Assembly: GCA_030535275.1 (NCBI GenBank) | Contig: JAUNIQ010000003.1 | Span: 1-52,720 of the forward strand | Source: Bacillota bacterium | Lineage (GTDB): Bacteria; Bacillota; Clostridia; Peptostreptococcales; Anaerovoracaceae | Length of the DNA stretch: 52,720 bases | Direction: 5' to 3' | Shown here: positions 1 to 8,415 of the stretch, in pieces | How positions within the stretch are numbered: position 1 is the first letter of the stretch | How the letters are laid out: each line of letters begins with the position of its first letter | Translations under genes and position numbers: made by a program | The notes under the pieces: generated by a model | Database searches by the model: none | Told to the model about the DNA's origin: nothing | What the model saw: the letters and a program-made list of their open reading frames with translations, nothing else

Positions 1-581
1 TAATTGGAAACGACGGCGGTCTGGCAGAAGGACAGCCGGCAGGCGAATTCGCAGGCAAGACTCCAAGAGGAATCGGCAAGCTTCTTGAACACCACATGGT
101 TGACCACATTATCGCTTCACACGTAGGCGTTAACCCTAGACTTAACGAACAGTTTGCAGACGGATCACTGAAGTACACTCTGGTACCACAGGGAACACTG
201 GCAGAAAAGATCAGAGCAGCAGCTTATGGTCTCGGCGGCGTTCTTACACCTGTAGGCCTCGGTACTCCAATGGAAACTGAAGTTGACGAACTTGGAAGAA
301 AGAAGGAAGTAATGGTAATCGATGGCAAGAAGTGGCTCTTTGAAAGACCTCTTTATGCTGATTATTCATTTATCAGACCAACAGTAGCAGACAAGTTTGG
401 CAACTACTACTGTGCTAAGGCAACAAGAAACTTCAACATCGTTATGGCTGGAGCTTCAAAGAAGACAATCATCGCTCCTGAAAAACTGGTTGAAATCGGC
501 GAAATCGATCCTGATATGTGGCAGGTAGCCGGTGTACTGGTTAATACAATTGTGGAAGGAGAAAAGAGATGGCAGATTTAA
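1..581 (+). CDS. atoD: Family I CoA-transferase alpha subunit (acetoacetate/butyrate CoA-transferase type), 5'-truncated by window edge
   Basis: Frame open from base 3 (IGNDGG...GIGKLL); motifs IASHVGVNP, VPQGTLAEKIRA, GLGGVLTPVGLGT, RNFN; overlaps beta subunit. Confidence 0.88.
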   Translation, partial: IGNDGGLAEGQPAGEFAGKTPRGIGKLLEHHMVDHIIASHVGVNPRLNEQFADGSLKYTLVPQGTLAEKIRAAAYGLGGVLTPVGLGTPMETEVDELGRKKEVMVIDGKKWLFERPLYADYSFIRPTVADKFGNYYCAKATRNFNIVMAGASKKTIIAPEKLVEIGEIDPDMWQVAGVLVNTIVEGEKRWQI

Positions 582-1225
582 AAGCAAGAATCGCAAAGAG
601 ATGCGCAAAAGAATTCTTTGATGGAGATTTTATCAATCTGGGAATCGGCCTTCCAACAATGGTAGCTGATTATCTTCCTGAAGACGTAGTTGTAACTTGT
701 CATTCAGAAAACGGATTCGCAGGAATCGATGTGGTTGCTGACGAATCAAACCTGAACGTTGATATCATCAACTCAGGCGGTACTTACGTAACAGCAGTTC
801 CAAGAGCAAAGTTCTTTGACACAGCTGAATCCTTCGGTCTTGTTAGAGGCGGACACGTAAGAGCAACAGTTCTCGGTGCTATGGAAGTAGCCGAAAACGG
901 AGATCTGGCAAACTGGATCGTTCCTGGCAAGAAGGTTGCAGGAATGGGCGGAGCAATGGACCTGTGCGCAGGATGTCCTGAAGTAATCATCACAATGCTG
1001 CACACACAGAAGGGTGCTCACAAGATCAAGCCTGCATGCACTCTGCCGCTTACAGCAGAAAAGTGCGTAACTAAGATTATCACTGAAATGGCCGTTATGG
1101 ACGTTACAGAAGAAGGAATCAAAGTTATCGAACTGCACCCTGACTTCACAAAAGAAGAAGTACAGGAAGCAACCGGCGTACAGCTCATCTGGGCTGACGA
1201 CCTGAAGCCTTATCAGGAAGACTAA
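569..1225 (+). CDS. atoA: Family I CoA-transferase beta subunit
   Basis: NLGIGLPT, catalytic SENG, RGGH, GDLANW, GMGGAMDL motifs. Confidence 0.9.
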   Translation: MADLKARIAKRCAKEFFDGDFINLGIGLPTMVADYLPEDVVVTCHSENGFAGIDVVADESNLNVDIINSGGTYVTAVPRAKFFDTAESFGLVRGGHVRATVLGAMEVAENGDLANWIVPGKKVAGMGGAMDLCAGCPEVIITMLHTQKGAHKIKPACTLPLTAEKCVTKIITEMAVMDVTEEGIKVIELHPDFTKEEVQEATGVQLIWADDLKPYQED

Positions 1226-1242
1226 TTTTCAGACAAATAAAG

Positions 1243-1275
1243 ATGACAGATGGTAAAACCATCTGTCATTTTTTT
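1243..1275. terminator. Intrinsic terminator between convergent genes
   Basis: ATGACAGATGGT-AAA-ACCATCTGTCAT followed by T run. Confidence 0.85.
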
Positions 1276-1278
1276 ATT

Positions 1279-2319
1279 TTAAAAATTCCCTATTACCGTC
1301 AGAAGTCCGATGATAATAACAATGGACAGGCACATCCACATTATTCGGCCAATCCATGACAGGACTATATTCGCGCTTCCGGAAATCGGCAGCCTTGTCG
1401 CAATCGAACAATAGTCAAATGCGAAAATAACAATAGAAGCCATGCACAGAAATGCGGCAAATCTTTCTATCCACTGCAGATATACGGGGGTTCCATCCTC
1501 AAAGATCATCCAGCTGCAGGATAGAATCATGGCAGCATAGCCGCATGAGGCCAGTATCATCTTCCAGGGGCGTTTAGTTCTGAAACCAGGCGGAACAAAC
1601 TTTGGTGCCGCAGATTTCAAATGCTTCATGAGAATGTCAACAGATGAATAACGGTCGTTTGGATCCATGGCAATGCACTTGCGTATTACGCCTGTACAAT
1701 AACCGTCATATAATTTTTCTGATGGAATGAGTCCGGTAAGCATAACATTCAACAATACGCCAAGGGCATATATGTCCGTCCGCGCATCAGATTGAGAGTA
1801 GCCGAATTGTTCGGGGGCAGCAAAGGCCGCGGTTCCCATTAATATCGTATCCCTGCTTTTGTTTTTGTCATAGATTTTGGATGCATCGAAATCAATAAGC
1901 GTAACATGATTATCTGCGTCTATGATAACATTTGAAGGTTTGATGTCACGGTGTATTATAGGCGGCTTCGCGTTATGGAAGCTTTTCAGGATTCTGCAAA
2001 GGGAGTAAATTATGTTTACTGCCTGCTCCGGAGGGAATGGCCCGTTTGATTCAAGGTATTCGTGAACGGTAATACCATTTATCAGCTCCTCAATAATGAT
2101 TACACTATCATCGTCTTCGACCACATGAAAAACCTCAGGGATGCCATCAACCTTCATTTCCATGAGCTTCCTGTAGACTGAAGCGGATGAAGCGGGAAGG
2201 ACCTTCTGGATGAAAAACTGACCGCTCTCAACATGCCTCACCAGCGAAATATCCGCACGTTCATTAAGTTTTTCAACTTCTCTGTAATAGGATAACAGAA
2301 CTTCCTCTTCCACTTTCAT
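1279..2319 (-). CDS. Membrane-anchored Hanks-type Ser/Thr protein kinase
   Basis: HRDIKPSN, DFD (for DFG), GTAAFAAPEQ, DIYALG; about 3 C-terminal hydrophobic segments; start moved to ATG 2319 to avoid overlap with the divergent gene. Confidence 0.9.
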   Translation of the reverse strand: MKVEEEVLLSYYREVEKLNERADISLVRHVESGQFFIQKVLPASSASVYRKLMEMKVDGIPEVFHVVEDDDSVIIIEELINGITVHEYLESNGPFPPEQAVNIIYSLCRILKSFHNAKPPIIHRDIKPSNVIIDADNHVTLIDFDASKIYDKNKSRDTILMGTAAFAAPEQFGYSQSDARTDIYALGVLLNVMLTGLIPSEKLYDGYCTGVIRKCIAMDPNDRYSSVDILMKHLKSAAPKFVPPGFRTKRPWKMILASCGYAAMILSCSWMIFEDGTPVYLQWIERFAAFLCMASIVIFAFDYCSIATRLPISGSANIVLSWIGRIMWMCLSIVIIIGLLTVIGNF

Positions 2320-2371
2320 AGAAAATAGTATATCATACAATGGTATTAAAATCATATGCTGGAGGCACGAA

Positions 2372-2815
2372 ATGTCAGGCGGAAGAAACATTACAACTGA
2401 TCGCCTTGATAAGATTTTGCAGAAGGTAGGTAGTGGCAAGGAAGTAGAGCAATTTGTAAAAGAATATACTGCTGACCAATACGAAACATTTGCTGATTAT
2501 TTTAATGAGTACATCAGTTCCCATGAGCTGGAAATAGCAGATATTATTTCCAGAAGCAACATCAGCAAGAACTACATCTACAATATTATCAATGGCAGAA
2601 GAAATCCGGGCAGAGACAAAGTAATCGCACTTTGCATTGGGGCAGGCATGAATGTGAGAGAAATAAACCGAGGTCTGAAAATTGCGGGTCTTGGAGTCAT
2701 GTATGCCAAGAATGAGCGTGATGCACGCATTGTGGTTGCGGTAAATCGGGGAATCCGTAATGTAATCGACATCAATATCATGCTCGAAAAGCAGGGACAG
2801 GATATCCTGGAATAA
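2372..2815 (+). CDS. XRE-like helix-turn-helix regulator
   Basis: SD GGAGG; central HTH-like IADIISRSNISKNYIYNIINGRRNPGRD. Confidence 0.8.
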   Translation: MSGGRNITTDRLDKILQKVGSGKEVEQFVKEYTADQYETFADYFNEYISSHELEIADIISRSNISKNYIYNIINGRRNPGRDKVIALCIGAGMNVREINRGLKIAGLGVMYAKNERDARIVVAVNRGIRNVIDINIMLEKQGQDILE

Positions 2816-2830
2816 AAAAAGAGAAAAAAC

Positions 2831-2853
2831 AGGGCGACGTAAAGTCGCCTTTT
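2831..2853 (+). terminator. Short intrinsic terminator after HTH gene
   Basis: AGGGCGAC-GTAAA-GTCGCCTT then TT. Confidence 0.55.
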
Positions 2854-2854
2854 A

Positions 2855-2882
2855 TCGTGCTCACAGCACGACAAAATATAAT
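2855..2882 (+). promoter_or_regulatory. Palindromic operator TCGTGCT-N3-AGCACGA just upstream of a TATAAT -10 box
   Basis: Perfect 7-bp inverted repeat 2855-2871; TATAAT 2877-2882; degenerate copy at 2354-2370. Confidence 0.65.
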
Positions 2883-2925
2883 TCGGAACCATTAAAATTA
2901 TTATTAATTGAAAGGAGATAGCATA

Positions 2926-3303
2926 ATGGAAGAAAAAAACAAAGGCTTCTGGTCGGTAGGCCGGCTGGTAATTGGAATACTGCTGATGGTGCTTTCTATG
3001 GTGGTTCTGTTTCAATCCTGTGCTGCAGGAATTGTAAACACAATGGAGGAATCCTCAGATATGGGAGGAAGCGCAGGATTTGTTCTCGCTATTTTAATGA
3101 TAGCTTCGGGAATAGTAGCTGTGTGTACAAGAAATGCCAGAAGTAAAGTGGGCCCTGTTATTGCGGCAGTGCTTCTTGTTATTGGGGCATTGGTTGGTTT
3201 ATGCAACGCTGCAGTTTATCAGGACCTTATTATATGGAGCATTGTGAGTCTTGCTTTTGCGGCCGTATTTGTTATTTGTGCAATCAAAACTAAGAAAGTG
3301 TAA
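2926..3303 (+). CDS. Small integral membrane protein (about 4 TM), unknown function
   Basis: SD AAGGAG before ATG 2926; four hydrophobic stretches. Confidence 0.8.
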   Translation: MEEKNKGFWSVGRLVIGILLMVLSMVVLFQSCAAGIVNTMEESSDMGGSAGFVLAILMIASGIVAVCTRNARSKVGPVIAAVLLVIGALVGLCNAAVYQDLIIWSIVSLAFAAVFVICAIKTKKV

Positions 3304-3313
3304 GGAGGTTAAA

Positions 3314-3772
3314 ATGAAGAACAAAAGATTAATATGGTTACTTTGTGCAATATTATGCCTTGGCATGCTGGCATTCGTAGGGTGTGGGTCTTCGGAGGAA
3401 ACTGCATCGGAAGAAGATGCCGGCACTCAGTTCCCGATAACTGTCGAGGATAACGATTATTTCACCTTTGAAATAACAGACAGAGATGACCTGTGGGGAG
3501 AATACACGTACAGGATTACGAACAAGACTGATCGTGATTTTACACTTGACGCAGAAAAGGCAGTTGTCAATGGCAAAACAACCGTTGATGTGTTTATCTA
3601 TCAGGATGTTGCAGCAGGAACAAATGCAAAAGAAGTGTTCTATCTGGATGAGGATGACCTTAGCGAATTCGGAGAAGATGAGGAGCTAACCATGAAAATC
3701 GATTACTCATTATTTGACAGCGATTATAATGATATTACATCCGGCAGTTTTGAATTTGTAATACCTAGATAA
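3314..3772 (+). CDS. Acidic lipoprotein, unknown function
   Basis: SD AAGGAGGT; signal peptide with lipobox LAFVG-C; acidic beta-rich mature part. Confidence 0.82.
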   Translation: MKNKRLIWLLCAILCLGMLAFVGCGSSEETASEEDAGTQFPITVEDNDYFTFEITDRDDLWGEYTYRITNKTDRDFTLDAEKAVVNGKTTVDVFIYQDVAAGTNAKEVFYLDEDDLSEFGEDEELTMKIDYSLFDSDYNDITSGSFEFVIPR

Positions 3773-3785
3773 CAGTTTATTACAT

Positions 3786-3819
3786 GATGGCAGAAGGGCA
3801 CACCTTCTGTCATCTTTTT
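3786..3819 (+). terminator. Intrinsic terminator
   Basis: GATGGCAGAAGG-GCACA-CCTTCTGTCATC-TTTTT. Confidence 0.85.
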
Positions 3820-3961
3820 ATTTTTAAAATTACAAAAAACCCTTGACTTATGCGGACTAAAATAGTATAGTATAGCCAAGGAGAGGGGAATAATTGAATC
3901 TACCGGAAAAAAGTATATAATAGAATCAAATAAAAACTAAGAAATTAAGGAGGACAAAACA

Positions 3962-4504
3962 ATGAAATGGACTTGCTCAGTATGCGGTTATACTCATGAA
4001 GGCGACAAGGCACCAGATAAGTGCCCACAGTGCGGAGTACCGGCAGAAAAATTTAATGCAGTAGAAGAAGGCGAAAGATCATGGGCTGCAGAGCATGTAG
4101 TAGGCGTTGCTCAGGGCGTTGATCCTGAAATCATTCAGGGCCTCAGAGATAACTTTAACGGTGAATGTTCAGAAGTAGGTATGTACCTGGCTATGGCAAG
4201 AGTTGCTCATAGAGAAGGATATCCTGAAATCGGACTGTATTGGGAAAAGGCAGCATGGGAAGAAGCAGAACATGCAGCAAAGTTTGCAGAACTTCTTGGC
4301 GAAGTAATTACAGACTCAACTAAGAAGAACCTGGAAATGAGAGTTGACGCAGAAAACGGCGCAACTGCTGGAAAGTTCGAACTGGCTAAGATGGCTAAGG
4401 CTCAGAACCTGGATGCAATCCATGACACAGTTCACGAAATGGCAAGAGACGAAGCTAGACACGGCAAGGCATTCGAAGGACTCCTTAAGAGATACTTTGG
4501 CTAA
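3962..4504 (+). CDS. rbr: Reverse rubrerythrin (NADH peroxidase type, N-terminal rubredoxin domain)
   Basis: CSVCGY...CPQCG N-terminal, then di-iron motifs GECSE, EEAEHA, DEARHG; SD AAGGAGG. Confidence 0.93.
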   Translation: MKWTCSVCGYTHEGDKAPDKCPQCGVPAEKFNAVEEGERSWAAEHVVGVAQGVDPEIIQGLRDNFNGECSEVGMYLAMARVAHREGYPEIGLYWEKAAWEEAEHAAKFAELLGEVITDSTKKNLEMRVDAENGATAGKFELAKMAKAQNLDAIHDTVHEMARDEARHGKAFEGLLKRYFG

Positions 4505-4553
4505 ACACATTGAAATACTGACGGAAGGTGAATAACCTTTCACAGCCCTATAC

Positions 4554-4592
4554 ATAAAGGACTCTGAACTGATTCGGAGTCCTTTATTTTTT
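4554..4592. terminator. Intrinsic terminator, probably bidirectional
   Basis: ATAAAGGACTCTGAA-CTGA-TTCGGAGTCCTTTAT followed by T run. Confidence 0.85.
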
Positions 4593-4650
4593 ACCAAGAT
4601 GCAGAAATGTGTCTCGAATATTTGATCAGTTGTTTTAATAGATTAATCAT
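4591..4650 (-). CDS. Candidate 19-aa small peptide MINLLKQLIKYSRHISASW
   Basis: GGAGAG SD upstream of ATG; stop abuts terminator; below ORF-track length cutoff. Confidence 0.3.
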   Translation of the reverse strand: MINLLKQLIKYSRHISASW

Positions 4651-4738
4651 TCGTCTCTCCATATTTATTTAAATGATATAACAGACAATTCCATAAAACA
4701 ACAATATGCTATTATAATCTATTGTAAAGCTACAGCTC

Positions 4739-5380
4739 TTATTCAACGTCTTCAACATTGAAGTTTGCAAATCCGAAGTTTGCAAGTGTCAGGCCTGAAC
4801 CGCTGTCATCCAGATAAGCCTGGAATTCTCTGAGCAGGTCAGGAAGGCGGCTTGTGGCATTATCTTCGAGTCCATCTCTTCCAACAACACCGTTGTTATC
4901 CAGGTCGTTAGGATCATTGAATTCATCTGATGTCAGCTCATCATATGCACTGTAGTTTGCAGCGTCGATGGTACCTGTTATAGTTTCTTCACCGTGAACG
5001 GTTCCCTCAACTCCAAGGAGGAATTCATAGGCGTGTGTTGATTCGCTGTCAGGATCGAGCTGAACAAACAGGTCTTCCTCTGACAGATAATATTCATAAA
5101 TGCTGTCACCGTAGTCCTTGAAGAAGCAGATCATTAATCCGCCGTCTTCCGAAGTTGAAATTCCAAACTGCATGGTTGTGTCACCTGAGGCGGAAAGGTA
5201 CTGGGAATCCTGGATAATGCAATACTCACCATCGCCAAAATCATCACCGTTTGCTTCAATATCAGCGGTTACAGTTGCCAGGGCATCCTCGTAGCTTACT
5301 TCTCCGCAGCCCGTGAAGATGACTGTGGAAGATACAATCAGTATGGCAACGAGTGCCAGCGAAATTAGTTTTCTTTTCAT
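4739..5380 (-). CDS. Acidic lipoprotein, unknown function
   Basis: SD AGGAGG; MKRKLISL...IFTG-C lipobox; very Asp/Glu-rich. Confidence 0.82.
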   Translation of the reverse strand: MKRKLISLALVAILIVSSTVIFTGCGEVSYEDALATVTADIEANGDDFGDGEYCIIQDSQYLSASGDTTMQFGISTSEDGGLMICFFKDYGDSIYEYYLSEEDLFVQLDPDSESTHAYEFLLGVEGTVHGEETITGTIDAANYSAYDELTSDEFNDPNDLDNNGVVGRDGLEDNATSRLPDLLREFQAYLDDSGSGLTLANFGFANFNVEDVE

Positions 5381-5476
5381 TTTTGTCCTCCTTTTCTCAT
5401 CGGATACTAATAAAACCCCATACACCACTTGATAATCATGAGTTAATTATACAACACAACTGTACACATTCCGTAC

Positions 5477-6628
5477 TTAAATCTCCTTTTCGTGACAGTT
5501 GAATACAACCTCGCATTCCATTTCGTACTTCTCGAACCAGGCGGCGTTCTCCGTGTGGATTGGAATCAGGATGTCCGGCTGGACATGACGGATGAGCCGC
5601 TCGATTGTCGGCGCATCGGCGTGGCCGCTGGTGTGAAGCATGGGAACAGTGAGTCCCTGAGCTTCAAGATATTTGAGAGCAACGGCGGTAACAGGCTTCA
5701 GCATGTAGACCTGACGCCTTCCGAAGAAGAGCACGCCGTCCTTAAATGAAATCAGATTTGACAGCTTCTCAAGATTCATGAGAGTCTGCGGTGTTACGCA
5801 GAGCATGAAGTCGGGAGATGCAAAGGCAGGAGAGTTCAGGTCGAAATCCTTGCCGAGCTCAAGAGCGTCAAGCTCCAGCTCTGCAGCCTCTGCCACTGCA
5901 CTTGTAATGCCGTCCAGAATGAAACGGCGTCCCGTACGCTGTGCGGCGTGGTATGCCGTCAGTATTCTGTCAACGTTCTGCGCCGAAAGGTAAACGAATG
6001 AAGGCCCCGTCTTTTTCTCCAGAATATCCACGGCGAAATCCTCAAGCTCAATTTCAGATGGCTCGTGGAAATCTTCACCTCGTGAGAGGGTGGTTCCTTC
6101 GGTCAGGAGCACATCAACCTTGGAAGGAAGCATTTCCAGGAACACATCGAAGTTAAGATGTCCGGACGCTCTGTAATCGGCTGAATAAAGAACTGTTTTG
6201 CCTTCTGCTTCAATCAGGAACATGTATGCCGAGTAGGCTGAGTGATCGCATGGAATCGGCGTTACTGTAAAATCCCCAACGGTGATTTTCTCAAAGGAAT
6301 AGAGATAGTTCACATTAAAGCCCGTTTCCTTGCCTTTGTATTCGTTGATTGCATCCAGTATTTCAAAGGCTCTCTTGCCCATGTAAATCGGGTTGTCCGA
6401 TCTGACGAAGCGCAGAAGCCCGGTGTGATCGGAATGATAGTGAGATACGAAGACGGCGTCATATGACTGCCCGACATCAAAAAGTCCGGCAGCAGGCGGA
6501 ACGTATGGGTGGCTTTTGCTTTCCCCAAGGTTTGCGCCTACGTCCAGTATTATTCTCGTATTGTCAGTTGACAGCTCTATGATTGAGCCGCCTATCTGGT
6601 TTTGTCCACGTAAGATATTGATTTTCAT
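5477..6628 (-). CDS. MBL-fold/beta-CASP hydrolase (short RNase J-like)
   Basis: QIGGS, LDVG, SHYHSDH, DHSA, SADYR, TEGT, HTSGHA, PIHTE motifs. Confidence 0.85.
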   Translation of the reverse strand: MKINILRGQNQIGGSIIELSTDNTRIILDVGANLGESKSHPYVPPAAGLFDVGQSYDAVFVSHYHSDHTGLLRFVRSDNPIYMGKRAFEILDAINEYKGKETGFNVNYLYSFEKITVGDFTVTPIPCDHSAYSAYMFLIEAEGKTVLYSADYRASGHLNFDVFLEMLPSKVDVLLTEGTTLSRGEDFHEPSEIELEDFAVDILEKKTGPSFVYLSAQNVDRILTAYHAAQRTGRRFILDGITSAVAEAAELELDALELGKDFDLNSPAFASPDFMLCVTPQTLMNLEKLSNLISFKDGVLFFGRRQVYMLKPVTAVALKYLEAQGLTVPMLHTSGHADAPTIERLIRHVQPDILIPIHTENAAWFEKYEMECEVVFNCHEKEI

Positions 6629-6632
6629 AATG

Positions 6633-8294
6633 TTATTTCTTTAGGAATTTCAGTGCTGTTCCACATGTTTCTTCTACAACGCCCGGATCTGTGAATTTCT
6701 TGAGTCCGACCTTGTCAAGTTCTGCAAGATACTGTCTGTCGTAAGGTCCTGCTGTAACGAAGTTTTCCCAGACCTTTACGGCTTCCTTGAAGTCCTTCTG
6801 ACTCATGTCCCAAATCTGAAGGGAGGCGATGCCGCTTGCCGCATAGCTCACGTAGTAGAGCGGTGACTCAAATGTGTGCGGTATGTAAACCCAGGAATAG
6901 CCATCGCTATTTGCTCCCGGCATATATTGGGCCTGAACGCTTGCGTAGGCTTTGTTGATTTCATCGAGAGTCATGTCAGGGTTATCGTAAATTATGCGCT
7001 GGAACTCGTCCTCCATGCATCCGTCGATAATATTAAAGAACATGTCTTCAACTATCTGGTCAGTGGCGGCCTTGCCTGCCTTGCCGTATATTTTGTCATA
7101 GTAGTGGGTAAGCAGGCATTCGAATCCGTTTGACGGAATTTCAGCCAGGTCGTTGTTCTGCTCTGACACTATGAGGTTATCCTGGTCAACTGTACAGAAC
7201 TGAGTGAAGTGACCGAATTCGTGTGACATGTCACGCAGGCAGTTGTCTCCCTGCACATAGTCAAAGATGAACGGATTCTTCGGGGAAATGGTTATTGTAT
7301 ATCCGCCCTCCATGCGGCAGGTTTCGCTGCCGATGGAATAGAGCTCTTCATCCATGAGCTTGTCACAGGCCCTGCCTGAGAGTTTGCTGATTTCGCCGCT
7401 GTATTTTTCAAGAGCATCCAAAACCTGATCGGTGCTGAGAGCCGGCGTTTCAGATAAGGACTCACCATAGTAATATTCAAAGAAAGCAGTTGAAACCTTC
7501 TTTACATCCGAATGGAATCTTTCCAGATCCTCTGAGGTGTAGTCTCGAGAATATACCTCTTTATCTACATAGTCAGCATAGTTGTCATAGCCCTCTTCCT
7601 CTGCAATCTGAATGCGCAGCTTCAGCAGCTTCAGGAATATAGGACCGGCTCTGTCATTAAGATCCTTCGTCAGGCCATTGTAGACTTTAACGTAACCGGA
7701 GTAGTCCTTTTCGGCCAGCTCATCGCCTTCCTCGCCAAAGAGCTCCTCCTGAGTCCATATCTTGTTTTTGTATTTGAAGCTGGCCTTGTCGCAGGCCTTG
7801 TAGTATTTGTCGATGAGCTTGTTCTCACGGCTCAGCAGCTTCTTTTCCTTCTTGCTCATGACTTCGTATTTGGCAAATTGGTCAAAGACCTTATCGCCAA
7901 CATGCTCTCTGAAGGCTTTGGCGCACGGGCCTTCCGTGATTTTGCGGCATACACCACCCAGTCTGTCGCAGCAATCCTGCAGGGTGTCATAGCTGTACTG
8001 CTGCTCCTCTGTATAGTATTCGTCATTCTGATCGATGGAGTGAATGACATAGGAGACTGCATAAAGTGAATCCAGTTCCATGCATTCGTCGTAAAGCTTG
8101 TCGTAGAGTTTAAGAACCTTCTGCTCGTTATCGCCGGAAGCAAGCTTCTCCAGCTCCTTGCAGTCTTTGTTGAAATCGGCAGGCTCGTAATGGTAGTATT
8201 CAACACCTGCAATACTTTCAGGCACCTCGTTTCCGCATCCGAAGAATGCAAAAGCAAAAACAAGGCACATTAAAATGGAAATGATTCGCTTCAT
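6633..8294 (-). CDS. M3-family (oligoendopeptidase F-like) metallopeptidase with lipoprotein signal
   Basis: HEFGH zinc motif, AEIPS, HTFESPLYYVSYA; N-terminal FFG-C lipobox; SD AAGGAG. Confidence 0.82.
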   Translation of the reverse strand: MKRIISILMCLVFAFAFFGCGNEVPESIAGVEYYHYEPADFNKDCKELEKLASGDNEQKVLKLYDKLYDECMELDSLYAVSYVIHSIDQNDEYYTEEQQYSYDTLQDCCDRLGGVCRKITEGPCAKAFREHVGDKVFDQFAKYEVMSKKEKKLLSRENKLIDKYYKACDKASFKYKNKIWTQEELFGEEGDELAEKDYSGYVKVYNGLTKDLNDRAGPIFLKLLKLRIQIAEEEGYDNYADYVDKEVYSRDYTSEDLERFHSDVKKVSTAFFEYYYGESLSETPALSTDQVLDALEKYSGEISKLSGRACDKLMDEELYSIGSETCRMEGGYTITISPKNPFIFDYVQGDNCLRDMSHEFGHFTQFCTVDQDNLIVSEQNNDLAEIPSNGFECLLTHYYDKIYGKAGKAATDQIVEDMFFNIIDGCMEDEFQRIIYDNPDMTLDEINKAYASVQAQYMPGANSDGYSWVYIPHTFESPLYYVSYAASGIASLQIWDMSQKDFKEAVKVWENFVTAGPYDRQYLAELDKVGLKKFTDPGVVEETCGTALKFLKK

Positions 8295-8415
8295 GTGAAC
8301 TCCTTTCATTGCGTGTTTCTGCCTTTATTCTACCATACTTTGCGGGGGAATCTTCCCTTTACCTTTGCCATAAATAAAGGTATAATAATTACGTATGTGT
8401 TAAGAGGTGAAATTA

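Noticed and set aside
2320-2439. N-terminal 40 aa of the kinase ORF as given in the track
   Set aside because: Overlaps the divergent HTH gene and promoter; ATG 2319 fits better
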